A stretch of DNA of 49,393 nt from Paraglomus brasilianum (lineage: Eukaryota). Position 1 is the first letter of the stretch; every line of letters starts with the position of its first letter. The notes beneath the pieces are model-generated. The model worked only from the letters and a program-made list of their open reading frames with translations, was not told the origin of the DNA and ran no database searches. A program made the position numbers and the translations under genes. Positions 12,355 to 26,241 of this stretch are shown here, piece by piece. The stretch spans positions 1-49,393 of the forward strand of contig CAJVPI010000143.1 in NCBI GenBank assembly GCA_910592345.1. The letters are read 5' to 3'.

Positions 12355-13776
12355 TCAGTACGGCCGATATCCTCCATACCCATCGTGAAACTGTTGCGGT
12401 GGAGGTTGATTTATCGGATAGTCTTCCTCTCCCAATAGCTCTTTAACCTCCCATACGTTAGCTTTACTGCCAACGGAAAATTCCAAGTCTTCTTTAGTGA
12501 TTGAATCCCAATACTTGTACACCATCATCACCGCAAGCAAAGTGCAAATGGTCCCAAAGAACAGTCCATCGATATAATGTTTGACAGCATCGCATATTCT
12601 GACAGAGAGCACGTAAAGCGTCACCTGGCCCACGGCATAGAATACGGTACCAAATGCAATGTCACCGAGTGGCCAACGGTCATCAAGAGTATTGAGAACA
12701 AGGATAACTTGCAGAATGATGTAGATTATGAGTGCAGCACCATTGAAGCCGTACATGACAACCCAGAGGGCCATTGGTTTAAGTGCGTCGAACGGTCCGA
12801 TGTTGTTGAACGTTGCTAGTGCCAGGAAAGCAACAGCGGCAAAGACTACGAAAGACGATATACGAATCGTCTGGACATGCAGATAAAATATACGTTAATT
12901 ATTTTGTGGGTAATGCGTAATGCGTAATGCGTTATAACTAAAACAAATAACGGTTCGCTGCTAATATTAATAAGATATCGGCACTAAGATTATACTTTTA
13001 GCTTACCCAGAGTGATAATGGTGTTCCATCCTCTGCAAATTGGAATCCAACGAATCCGTTGAAAAGTAAACACCAGAAGGTAGCTGAGATGACACCAACA
13101 TGTGCAGCAGTAAAGTACTAATAACGAACAAACGTCTTAATTAGTCTATCCATTATCATATACTTTTTTTTTTCCTGATTGTACCATCTTATACTCACGC
13201 GATATACTGTAGTAGCTGTCGGAATGAGGCCCGATATAAGGAGCATTTCGAGTATTGTCATTATCATGTATAAATAAAAGAACATAACAATTTCCTTTCG
13301 ACCTATCGTTCAGACGGGAAATTGATTAGTCAAAGGTTCGACAACCGAACAAGATAACAAGAAGATTAATTGCCATTTGACTCTATTCGCAAGAAATGAT
13401 CTTACCAACTGCAGTGTATTTGGATTTAATATGGTAAATCATGATACCCGTCATGAGCAACGCAATTATATAAATGATCACAGTGGCTAGAAAATATAAA
13501 GAGAAAAGTCAGTAAATTTCTCCCCTCTTGATCATGCATCCATGCTTTCGTTTAACTCTAGCTTCCTCTTTCTTGTGCTCCAAGATATACATTTTCCACA
13601 CCGCCTCAACTAATTCCTTACCCATGAGTCTTACCCGGCTGAAAAATTAACATTCCGGCTATTTCTACATTCCTTGAATAACATGACGGAGCTATGCCGT
13701 CTGGATCTCCAACAAGAGGGCAAACTGACAGAGACACTGTCTCGCAAATATGTCTAAAATCACCAATTTGAAGCAT
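12355..13776 (-). CDS. CHS7: Chitin synthase export chaperone Chs7 (5 exons)
   Basis: Spliced protein [23 protein letters not shown]...PSCYSRNVE...[20 protein letters not shown]...[18 protein letters not shown]...[38 protein letters not shown]. These are diagnostic Chs7 motifs, and all four introns are GT-AG and in phase. Confidence 0.95.
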
Positions 13777-16417
13777 AATTTACAAATCTGTTGTTTCTAA
13801 AATGTTGTTACAATAGTGTGGGGGCGTTCTGGAGGGGAGAGCAAACTCTATGGATGTGGGATATTGTATGAACGTTTACTTGGAATAAATATGTGGATAT
13901 AGGTAGGTGTAATATATGTATGAATGAGGGATTTGACAAAAGAAAGACTGAGTTCACGAACGGTGAGAACAGCCAGGCCACCGGAGTTTCTTGCGAGACC
14001 ACTAGTTGGCTTGAAGAAATAGAAATAGAGAATTCCCATTACACAAGCATATACCTAATTTATTATTGCATGGTAAATGGATGAGAGTGAGCCAATGGCA
14101 TGATGTGACACTGCGATATAAATAGAGCTGGCCATGTGTAATAGATCTATGAATTCCCACCAAATTCTCGAGACCATCGCACGATCAAACTCACCTTTTG
14201 TTTTGAGTTTTATTATATAACCCTTATTAAGGCCTACAACATTGATCCTAATACGCTTAAAAATGTTAATTTAATAACGCCTATGGAATTATGATTTTAG
14301 TCAGCAATTCGGAAGTTTTGCCAAATGTAGCATTTCATTAATATGATGTCAACTGCCAAATAAGCGATTGGATTATCCATGTAGCACATGCAAGGTTATT
14401 TTGCTTTTAATGGACTATTAACTCATATGCCAAAAGTTAGGGAAACAAGGGTTGCGAGTCCGAGCCACAATTTCTAAGCCGAGCGGCAAGTAAAAGTATT
14501 TTATTAAGGAGCAACACTCGTTACAATTGTGAGACTTTATTTAATAGCTATGAAAGCTCGTTAGAGTTGATGGTAACACCGTTTCATCTCTGATAGAAAA
14601 TGTTGCACAACTGTCTTCAAGAGCTTTATTTTATGTTAACTGTAATAGTAATCGTGTATATGATTCGTATTCGAATTGAAAGACTGCCAATTTTTAAATT
14701 ATTGAAGCATGGGATGGAAGACAGCGTTTTCATTCTTGTCAAACTGCAAAACCAATTGCTGGATCACGCATAATTATCGACTGCACATCCGGGGCTTAAA
14801 CACTGCCCTGGCAAACGATTAGTTCAGTATGCAATTAACGATTATTTCCAAATGATAATCTGTATCCTAAACGGTTGTGGTAAAATGAAATAATGCTAAA
14901 CAGATAAATCACAAAGCAACACACGAATTTGTTTTAATATTAATGTTAAGAATTAATAAATTAAGATTGTTAGAAATTTATAATGTCGATAGTTTAAGCG
15001 TGTACACGGCTCAAATCGTTATGCAGCAGAGTCTAACGTAATTTTGCATCGCATAATATACTGTTGAGGCTGCATTCATGTTTATCCAAAGGTTGTCGAA
15101 AACTGGCGAGACAAAATTCATCACGTGTGTCGGATTTTGTTACTTTCATCAAGCACGAGATTAACACATATATCTTGTCGGTTCACAATACAAGAAATCT
15201 CCTAAATAGAGACGATTCCTTGTAAAAACAAGCGCTTTCTTGTGAAGACTCTTGTTGTCGTCACTGCGTTTTAACAAACTTTGCTTTTTTCTTTCAAGCT
15301 AAACAGTGCACAGTACTACACTTTTTCAACGTCTAGCCGATTATGCAACACATTTCCTACCGATGCCTGCTAATCCTGATACATAATTTATTTGGTTACT
15401 AAAGGATGAGAAAACAGTTTTCGAACGGAGAATGTACAGAAAATTACGAAAAATCAAGACGCTTAAACGCATTCAATTAATACGCGTTTGCTAAATAATG
15501 GCCCACTCAAAGTTGCAGAGGAGCAGAATTTGTTAGATAATTTAATTGTAATTACTAATTTGCTCTTATTTACACCATGACTCCTGAAGAATGCGTTACC
15601 TAATAATAGTTTAACTGCTACATCTGGTAGTAATAAAGCACTTGGTCATCCTTTTCAAGATGAACGTAAATAGACTCGGTTCCTCTTTCGAGAAACTCAG
15701 CTTCCAATGTCCACTAGTGAGCAATAAATTATAAAACTATCACAAGGGAAAATCTAAATAGTGCGTTTTCGCATCAATATTCGTCAACGAACAATCAATA
15801 GTTTATTTAGACAAGAAATTCGGTTTCTCTGTTAAAAATTGTGGGTGTAGTAATTAACTAGCCAATATGTTTGAATATTTCCAAACGTCCTAAGTAATAA
15901 ATACTGGAATCACTTGTCAAACTACCTGTAGTAATCGTTCTAACAGCCTTTTCTGACTACCCTCGGGTATGTTTTCAATCATCTAATCTTCAGCAAGGTG
16001 ATATTGCATTGTTAACTTTTATGGTAACTCATAATAGCTGATTTAGACGATCCATTTCATTACCCGTCGCGAGCTCGTTAAATGTTCTAGCAACTTGAAT
16101 TGTTTCATTGTCATGTCGAATACACGAATTTTAATTACTCAACTCTATTAGGCCTGATTTATCCCAAAAGGCCCGCTAGAATTAAAACTACAAGACTAAC
16201 AAACAAGTCGCCCTTGTTCCTTCTGGTAATAAAATGATTGATTGCATTACTTTTCATGATATTACACTGATTGCAACAGATTACTCGTTCGCACTCGAAA
16301 GTGTTAAACTCAACAGACGCGTTGTATTGCGTTAGTTATGCGAAGACGATAAAATTAAATATTTCTGAACCATTAATAAGTTACGTATTTTTCTATGCTA
16401 TCTAAAAAATCCAACTA

Positions 16418-19400
16418 TTAAACACCATCACCCTTTTGCACAAAGAATTTACTGAAAAATCTATTTTGTTGACCGGCTTGGCCAATATTAATACCATACT
16501 GCGTTCTTTTCCCAGCTCTGCGGAAAGAGATACTCGGTTAATAACTCATGTCGCATTGGGCTTCATAAAGATCAATTAGATACATACTTTTCTAATAATA
16601 GAGCAACGTCTGCTTGTTCAAGTAGAGAATACTTTTTGTTTCTTGTTGAGGGATCCATATATTCGTCTGGGTTCTCCGACTCCAGCAGTGATACAATCTA
16701 CATAAAGTTGTAAGCATATCTAAGCCCTCCGCCTTCAAATATTATTAAACTTTTATCCATTTTGTCAAACCTGTCTCAATTCCAGGAATGCATCTGCTAT
16801 GTTTGGATCTTCCAATCTACGCGCAAAGTGTTCCAAGAACGTGACATCGATGTCAAAATTTCCGACGCCATTAGCATTTATTCGTCTTACTTCTGGGTCC
16901 ATAATCCGTTGCTGTCAATAAAGGCGCGAGCTCGTCATTATTAGCGTGATAAACAAGACAGCAGATGATAAACATATTTACTTACTCGAAGTGCTGTAGC
17001 GAGGTATCCTAATGCTCCGAAGTGGATAAGCGTTTTTATGTCTACGGGAAGGTTGTATAGAGTTGATGCGATTACGGTTGTTAAAAAGCCAACCATATCT
17101 ACAAAAGGACGTATTCGGCAAGTAAATAAAAAATTTTTACTATCCAAGAATACATCGAATTTTTTGAAAACCACCTTGTAAATATGGACTTGGTTGTGTC
17201 TGCATTACGGATGGAGCCCTAGATGTCAATAAACGTGTTAGTAGGTGCCTTCAAACACATAAAATAAAGCCATCCACCTCACAAAAAGATTAGTTACGGA
17301 CCAATCATAATCAGCCAAGTCCAAGAAATCATCAATCTTGGAATTAACCAGTTCATAGATACGCTTCTCTGCCTTCTTTCTTGTTGTACGGAATGCTTCG
17401 GTCGCCTCTAAATGTATCTTACCACCACGGTGAGCAGACCTTTAGAACAAGATATGGTAGATTCAGTAAACATATGATATTCATGAAATTGGATTTTTAG
17501 GAAATTTATACACATTATTACTGAGTAAAATCCTCTCACGCATACCTTCGCTCTTTCAACAACTCCTCCAATTCACTACACATGTTCTCAAAATACTCTA
17601 AATTGATGTTAATCTGAACAATTTGAGTCAAATTGGTACTTCGAAGTTTAGCGAGAAGTACACCGTTGACATGTTCGATCAACATGTCGTCAAGAGCCTA
17701 ATGGAAATTTACAATATAATTAGAACTAAAGATAAGAGATACTTGTGGTAAGTATGTGGATTGTGTACCTCTCTCACGATATCATCGACCTGAGCATGGA
17801 TTCGAGAGGCATCTTCAGCAAATTCATAAAATTGAGAGACAAAATTTTTTATGTCTAGACAGCATGAAGGATACGCTTGAGAAAAGGGAAGACTTCTTGG
17901 GTATCTATTGGAAACCAAAGGTTAGGGCATAATATATATATACATGTAATAATAATTTTCTTGTCGTATGTCACGTATAGCAACAGAGACAACGTCTGAT
18001 GTACTTGCCCTTGCCCAGTTATCCGTAAATCCTCAGTAAACCAGCAAGCGTCAATCACAGCTTCGTATTGTTCGGGAGAGTCAACTATCATTGGCATATA
18101 GTCATCTTCCGACATTGTCTATAATAACAATAATTTTAAATAACCAAGGTTTCTTGGGACAAATACAAGTAAACAACATACTTGATGAAAGTCGTCTGCA
18201 AACTTTTCTTTGAGTAATTCGGAGTAACGTTGAAAGACAAAAAGATGCAAATCCACATATTTTTGTACATTATACGAATATTCCTGACATACCAACCAAA
18301 CATAAAAAAGAATTAATAAAGTGCCTTTCACGAAACTCTCGTCCTCCTTGTGTACGTCATCTTTCGTGTATATTACCTCAAGCGTTTGCATAAACACTGT
18401 CAACTCTTTTTTAACCCTGTTGAATAGTTTAGGCTCGATACACCCATACAATGCAGCATACATAATCTGTACCGCTTTGGATGTGACCGTATCCCATAAT
18501 ACATCGACTTCACTCGATGAACGAAAATTTGGAATTGACCGCAAAATAACTCGTTCTATTACGAAAAAGCCCACAATATCTTGGAAGAAGGCTATTAGGC
18601 CTGAGGCATCGTTATCTTTTAAGACAAATGAAGTGGAGAGAACAAGGTTTGCTTGGGCCTTTAGAATTGCAAGAAAGTCTTATGTGGTTTAGTTGAAGCA
18701 AGAAACAAAAATGCATGGAGCAGATTGCATAACATACTCTTCGATCTTCTTCGTAGTTGAGTTTTAGTTCCTGACTCTTGCCGAGCTCTTCGTTTATGTG
18801 CAGACATTGATACAGCGGTTTAAAATCTATCTGTACATATTCATTATTGACAACATTAACTAGTCAAATAATTCAAAATAAAATAAGTTTGTCGTTCACT
18901 CTCAAGAAGAAGAAAGGCGTGTTTTTGCATGAGTTAATCACATACATTCTTTATCCTCATTCAGTACAAGTTCGATAGGTGAATTCACGGCGACATGTCT
19001 CAAGTCCGGTTCCTGAGCAACTTTGACTCGCCACCGTTCTTGTCTCGTGACTAATTGATCCATGGCAAGTTTTCCTACTTGACGAGAGACTTCGCGTACT
19101 CTATGAATTGTTGATTACAAAACATCGTTATAGCCCATGGTGATAGATTTATCCTCGATATGAACATGATGCCTTGTACTCAACTTGAAAAGCCATTCTT
19201 TCATTTCTTTAGTTACTGCATCTTTGATACTATTCTGGGTGACGGGTATAGATTCCTCTGATTGATTCATTGAAGAAACAGTCCGTAAGATATATAATAA
19301 ATGTGATGGAATGGCGAATCGTCCAACTTACGCATATGCTTTGCAAATTCATATTGTATTACGTTGCGAAGGTGGACTGTCTGGAGTTCCTCTAACGTCT

Positions 19401-20099
19401 GAAACAGAATCCGTATGAGTCGCAAGAATATGTATTTTTGTAGCGCAAGTCTAGTCGATACATCATACCCTTAATGCTGAATAATATTTTTTCTCTTCAA
19501 TCAAGTTGTTGGCTCTATATGATAAATCCAGTACATGCAGACATTTCTGTAGCGTTTCAATTGCATCATCAATGTTTCTTTGTATCTTGCGTGTCTGAAT
19601 TAATTCTTTTTTCTAGAAGAAATTTTACGCTTAGCTATTTCCAGTATGTAAAATATGCAAACAAATTCGTGGAAAGAATTCACACCTTTGTTGTTAGTTT
19701 TTTCCCTGATTTCTGCACGTCGTAGTTAAGATCGATTATTTTATTCTTCAAGGTGACGGTGCCTTGACGTACTTTGAGAAGTTGATCAACGGATTGGACG
19801 AATTCCTAGGAAAAGGGTCAATAAATGCTATAGCACTTTTTCATGCGTTCTCACATCATATGTTTCCGTTACGAGTTATACCAAAAATAACAAACCTGAT
19901 AGTTACTATTACACATTCGCTCAATTTCGCCCTCCTTCTTCCTCTCAAATGCCGTTAATTGGTCAAGAAACGCCTCCTGTCTGCCAGAATCATAAATGCT
20001 CTTTATTATAGGACCTAATTGCTCCAAGTTCTCATTTTCGGAATTAAGTTCTGCAGATAAAACCAAAGATTGAAGTTGTTGTTGGTCGACATCCATCAT
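16418..20099 (-). CDS. SEC15: Exocyst complex subunit Sec15 (many exons)
   Basis: N-terminus ENLEQLGPIIKSIYDSGRQEAFLDQL...EIERMCNSNYQ. Internal motifs IDFKPLYQCLHI, IVGFFVIERVI, LPFSQAYP and YELVNSKIDDFLDLADYDW. C-terminus ...RFFSKFFVQKGDGV*. Confidence 0.92.
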
Positions 20100-20325
20100 T
20101 ACAGTTTTTGAGAATTGCAAGTGTCTGGGATATAAATAGTATGTAAACTGATTTGTGATATTTATTTATATAATTGCTATTTAAGGCTGTTGTATCTCAT
20201 AGATACTGCATTTGCTCGACCAACTATCAGTTCCATCCGTGTTACCCTTAAAGTTTGTCCTCGATATATTAATATACCCTAATTCTTTGTCCATACTGTT
20301 TTACGTTCATTTTATTACACTGAAA
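20100..20325. promoter_or_regulatory. Putative bidirectional promoter between SEC15 and the TMF1/SGM1-like gene
   Basis: Only 226 nt separate the two divergent start codons. The spacer is AT-rich with TATA-like elements (TATAAATA at ~20131, TTTATTTATATA at ~20160). Confidence 0.5.
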
Positions 20326-23300
20326 ATGAGTTTCTTCAATAACAAAGCAGGAGTAACTGCTTCAACATGGGGGAGCATGTTGAAACAGGCGATAAATACA
20401 GTGGAAAGCAAAATTGATAAGGCTTTAGACATAGGCTCAGAGAGTGCGTAACTGATTTTATTGTATTTTTGCAATTTCAATTTGATTTATATTCCAACGC
20501 TCTGAATAACCTGCCAACAAAAGTTATTACAAATCAACAGACGCTTATGAATATCAAGGTGAAGTGTATGTGGATCCTGTAACGGGAATAATAGCGACTA
20601 TAGACAACCCCGAAATACCGCTAATGGTAGAGAACGATAATTCAGCCTCATCAAGAGAGTATTCACAAGAGCAAAAAGAAACGCAAGATTTGCAGGAAAC
20701 CGCTGCTACGTCAAGCTCAGCGGAGAATTTGCTTCCCATTTGCACTCCTCCAACATCGCCAGCAGTGAATCCATCATCAGACACACTCACTCCTTCAACG
20801 CTGTCAATAGTAGATTTACCAGCGAGTATTTCTACTCCCGTACCCACTCCCGCACCCACTCCTCCGCCCCCTCCCCCCCCTCCCACTACCCCTTCAAAAA
20901 TGCCCGACGCGGCACAATATGATACACAGGCTGTGGTATCCAATGATTCAACGAAAATAGATGCCAATTCGGCGACCACACGCACATCGCTATCCGATAC
21001 ATTAGTAACGCTCAAGCAAATACTCGCCACTCAAGATGATAGCGCAAGTGATAATAACATTGAATCGTTTTCACACAAATCAAGCGAATCACACGAATCG
21101 CATCGTTCGATTCAGACAGATACAATTGCCGATGCTGGAGCAGAAGAATATAATAATGAGGATACTGGTATGGATTCTGATGAGATTGTCGATAAAAACA
21201 GTGGATATGAGTCGTCCGGTTTATTGAATGCTAGTGATGAAGGTACACTCGATGAGAGATCGAGTCACGACGAGCTTAGACGTAGGAGTAAAACATCTAG
21301 TATTATTAGTGATGGAATTGCATGGTGGAAACATGATTCTGCTTTTTACATTCATTTTGCAGATAGTGAGGATGATGCTGATGCTGATAACAATGATGAT
21401 AGAGATAACAACAGTATTGACGATAATAAGGATGCCGTTGATGAGACAGCTGCAGATGGAAGACATTATGAAGAAATTATTGCAACTAAAGAACAACGGT
21501 TGCGCGATGTACTGGAACAGAATATCACCTTGAACAAGCAGATAGAAGAATTGCAAGGCAAAATAATGGAGATAGAAGAGAACAAGGATGCCATGTTGAA
21601 GATTGCTAACGGTAAAATTGACGATTTGGAAAAGTCATTGGAGCAGACTAGAGAGGTAAGCAAACAAACATCTATAGTCTAATATCAAATCTAGTGATAA
21701 ATTTATTTCTTAATTAAGTGGGATTGATCGTCTTCTAACAATTATTGTTTCAACGTTAGGCTGCCCAAAAAGCACAACAATTAACCACTACCGTAGAAGC
21801 ATCACAGAAAACAGTTGAAAATCAACGAAAACTACTTCTTGAGAAGGATGAACAAATAGCTAAATTAGTGCAAGCTGGTATTTATCCTATGTCCTCTTTC
21901 ACTGAACCAAGATGTAAACATATTCAGCGTTATTTATATATCAATTTTTTATGTAGGCGAGAAGAACGAATATGATAAACGAGTAACGATTATTATTATA
22001 TACCTGCATTCGTGGTTTCAACAATGACGTTTATGTGTGGAATTAAATATTATTGTTCTTTTCTTATTAGGTTCAAATAGAAGAACTTCAAAAGGAATTG
22101 GAGCAATTACGTACAGAATCAGGAACATCTGAGGATAATTTGAGGATAGAAGTGAGTGTCGCTGTTATCGTTATCGCTAGGTCAAGCGTAATGCTAAACT
22201 GTGTATCTTGATTTAGCTTCGTGAATTGCGATCAACGCTCATAGAATCGGGAGAGAGAGCTGGTCAACAAGAAGACGCTTTAAGAAAGGAGATTGAGGTT
22301 TGTTTATAATATTCTACCACGTATTGTAGCTTGAATAGCGTCAGAATGACATCATTAACAAAACCTAATTACACAGTCTCTGCAACATCGACTACAACTA
22401 GCCGAGTCTGCCAAGCAGGAAGCCAAAATGGAGGAGTGGGAAACGGAAAGAATACAGCTAATTAGGCGGATAGACGAACTTCAGACACAGCATACTTTAT
22501 CCAAGAAGAATTGGGAAAAAACCGAGATACGGTTAGCATTTGATTAAAGCAGGAGCAAATGGAGCTAATGGAGCTAATGGAATATATTGGTTTATAAAGC
22601 ATAAGTATTTATAGATTAGTTGCAATTTTCATTTGATATTTAGATTAAAATCTCAACTGGCCGAACGTGAGAATGATCGTGAACGTCTGACTAAGAAGGA
22701 ACAAAGCGTAAAAGCTGAACTCGCTGAATTGGTACGATGTCATAACTTTACCTTTCTCATTCCTCTCGTATTAGCTACAATTTCTAACCAGTATCGAATA
22801 TCTTTTTAATTCTAGTCGTCAAAATTAGAGTCGACTTCTCTTCAATTAATATCGGAACGTAACGAAGTCTCTCGTTTAGACACACTTGTTTCCACCCTTC
22901 GCAGCCAAGTCTCTACTTTGACGTCGCAGAATTCGTCTCTCTCCGCTGATCTGTCATCGCTTGCAGAATCCCATTCGGCCGAACTCGCCACTCTTGCTGA
23001 CAAACACTCTAGAGAATTAAAAGAAATGTTACAATCAAAAGATGGCGAATGGGAAGCTAAACTCAACAGCGAAATCGAAAAAATAAAGAAGGACCATGAA
23101 CACGAAAGAGAAAAAGAGAAACGGAAATCAAATTTGACACTCGATTTTAGTACTCGTAGTCCCACTTATAGTTTACGATCTACTAGCGAAACTTCCTTAG
23201 GAATATATAAGAACGATAATGGGAATGTCGGGAAAGGAGAGGAGGGAGCGTTTACTGGAGTCAGATCGCCAATGCTATTTAGTCCGGTATCGAGTGCAAG

Positions 23301-23917
23301 GAGTAGTATAGACGGTGGGAATGGTGTAATGGGTAGCGTGGTCATGTTTGAGAAATTCAGTAATAATGTAAAACAGTTGGAAGCTCAGGTTGCTAACCTG
23401 CAGGCACAGTTACACGTTACTACTAAAAATCGAGGTCAGTGGGGGAGGGTAACTGCGCCAGATTCAATTGTGAACACTGCTAAATTATATCGTTTTGTAA
23501 CTTTGTAGACGAATTGTCCGACGAACTGGTCCGAATGACAATGCAACTGGAAGAATTGTAAGTATGACAACATTGTAATACGTAGATACATTTGATATCA
23601 ACCGTAACCAAACCGATTGTTTGTTCTTCTTAGGAAATCAAAATCGGCAGACTATGACATTTTATCGGAGGAACACACGGAATTGAACGAACGGTAAGAA
23701 ACACATACCTTTTTGACACTCGCACATCCATACAAAACCAAACAATAACACGCCCGCCATCTGTTTGCTTGTAATCAGGTATAATACTCTTTTAGAGTTG
23801 TTGGGCGAGAAAACCGAGGAAGTAGAGGAATTGCAGGCTGATTTGGCAGATGTTAAACAAGCATTTAGGGCTCAAATTACTGAGCTATGTGCCAAAGCCG
23901 ATCAGTCCAAGAAATAA
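20326..23917 (+). CDS. SGM1: TATA element modulatory factor / golgin TMF1 (Sgm1) homolog, coiled-coil (multi-exon)
   Basis: N-terminus MSFFNNKAGVTASTWGSMLKQAINTVESKIDKALDI, then a long S/T/P and acidic low-complexity region and coiled-coil exons. C-terminus RDELSDELVRMT...RYNTLLELLGEKTEEVEELQADLADVKQAFRAQI matches the TMF_TATA_bd signature. Confidence 0.88.
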
Positions 23918-24499
23918 TAGACATTATTAATACATGTAGAATAACTCTACGGACGATGATCAAAATTATAACAACATAGAAATTATCCGTTGTGCGTAAA
24001 ACGGCATGTAACCTGTCTAATAACTTAATAATAATAATAATATGGAACGTAATATAACATCCACTGAAAATTTTCGGCTTGTGTCGCTCCTGCTATCTTT
24101 ACATGCAATAAATTCTAAATACAGTCGGCCGGCCAAAATTTAAAATTCTAATGAGCCGGTACACGTGATATTTTATAAATTACGATCACAACTCTTACTA
24201 TTACTATTACGGTATTACAAATTTTTATTAACTAAGTGTATTAGTATTACAATATGTTATCAAAACATATCACTAGGATCATACGATTAGAAAGCATCCT
24301 GAATCCTGAACAATCGAATGAATAGTATATGTAAACAGTCCTATATTGTCAGGGATAAAAGATTTTCAACGTCAGATAAGAATGTAATTATTTAATAAAT
24401 AACAACAATAATACTAATACAGTAAATGGTTTAATTAAATATCTTTTATTGCCGTCGGTCTTCTTGGCGACTGATTGTGTAAACGATATTTTACTATTT

Positions 24500-24880
24500 T
24501 TGACCTTCATAATAGGATTTTATTTGAACTGGGTATTCTCTTATCCTGATACGATTGTGTAGGTTTGATCTTTTAGATCATCAACGACGGGTTTCATATG
24601 AGGTATTAGAACTTTGGGATGATGCAGGGACAACACGTAAGTTTTATCTGCTAGAAAGTTGCACATTCTCAATGAGTTGGTGCCACTTACTCTTACTTGT
24701 GCGCACACTCCTAATCCGACACGGGCAATTAGCAAGTTCTTCTTCTGCGTATCTTTGCAATAAACTCTTATCGATAGCCATTAACCATTCTGGGAATCCC
24801 ACTTATAAATTTTTGTATAATATTTTCTCGTATAAATGATCTTCGATTTACACCCTACGCCCAATGTTGCATATCTGATT
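24500..24880 (-). pseudogene. Possible decayed coding exon of unknown family
   Basis: After a CAG acceptor at ~24875 one frame reads ICNIGRRV*IEDHLYEKILYKNL*VGFPEWLMAIDKSLLQRYAEEELANCPCRIRSVRTSKSKWHQLIENVQLSSR*..., which is protein-like but has several stops. Confidence 0.3.
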
Positions 24881-26241
24881 TTCGTTAATGACGTTTCGAT
24901 GTTACACGGAATGAGTATTATGAGTAACCCTTAATTTGAGTCATTGCCTTGCCGAAGGCTACTAGTAAAGCATGAAAAAAGAAATTCTTTATTGTTGGGT
25001 GAATCTTGTACCGTTTTGGGGCTAATTGGTTGCATTTTTCAGATTGCTTTAAAATCTGCAGTTGGCAGTATTTTTGTTACACAACGAAAATCTTATGTAA
25101 CATAAATATTGCCAAGACTTTTATTAACTAATCTAATTTCACAATATTTCTTCCGAAAAACGAAAGCTTTTTTCATGTTTTACTGATCAAGACTTGAGGA
25201 GTGTCCAATATTTTTGGCCAGTATGTAGTATGTCTGCTTTCCCTCATTGCCAATGACGAAATAGTTTTTCACAATGGTTTTTGCCTTGCTCATTAGAACA
25301 AAGATAATTAACTCGAAATCATCAGCAACTTTTTTAAACAATAGCGGTCTTGTATCATAAAATCATGATAACATAAAGAAAAGTTTTGTAACTGACAAGG
25401 CGAGTGTAAAAGTTGATGGGATTGCCAAGTCACGTAGAAATGTCAATTGAAATTATCCAATCGCTATCGTAACTTTTCTTGCGTGCCGTAAAAGACTCTT
25501 AAAATAAGGTTACGACATCTACCAACACAGATTTAGCTTACAGAATCAAGAATGATTTCATGTCGTACTTGTCAGATTTTTTGGCATCGCTTACGTTATA
25601 ATACACGCGGGAAGAATCGAGTCGGAAGTTGCTTGAACATCCCGATGAAAAACGTAGATGTTAAAGTAGCATCGCGTTCCGATCGTCAGAATAAGCGACC
25701 GTAGGCAAAACAGACAATTGAAACACTTACCATGCATGGCTTGAATAATACTTTTGCAAATATGAAGACATGTTAGGACACTACCCCGCGCTGTTGCATG
25801 TTGATGGAATTCGGGCGCTTACCAGGTTTAGACACATTATAGTTAAATGACGAATAACCAGGCTTTAATTGGATTAGGGAACGTGTCACGAATAGTCTCG
25901 AGTGTTACCAATTCTCCTTTTATGTAGCTAACAGCGTAATGTCAACATGCATGACTTCCAACGTTTTCTTGGCAGAGAACTTTCTCACTCTGAAGGTATT
26001 GAATGATCAGGCATCATCTAAATTTATTGGCAGTCTTATATGAAGCTTTTAGAATAGCATATAAGGAGCATAATTCAACCTTTAAAAGTTCAGACTTTAT
26101 ATAACTATCTTGAGGAGAAAAGTGTCGATAACACACCGGTTCATTGTAAAGAAGCCAATTCTCAAATCAATTATACCGATAACAACCAGCCCCATTTCCT
26201 CTTTTCCTAGTGAGCGTAAGCAAGCATTTGCCAGCGTGATC

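Noticed and set aside
14440..14490. GGGTTGCGAGTCCGAGCC resembling a tRNA T-arm
   Set aside because: No cloverleaf, acceptor stem or A-box could be built.
15400..16200. Patchy protein-like frames between CHS7 and SEC15
   Set aside because: Many stops on both strands and no recognisable family.
20554..21030. 158-aa Gly/Val-rich antisense ORF and similar shadow ORFs (8099-8509, 35150-35497, 46354-46605)
   Set aside because: They are antisense shadows of real exons on the opposite strand.
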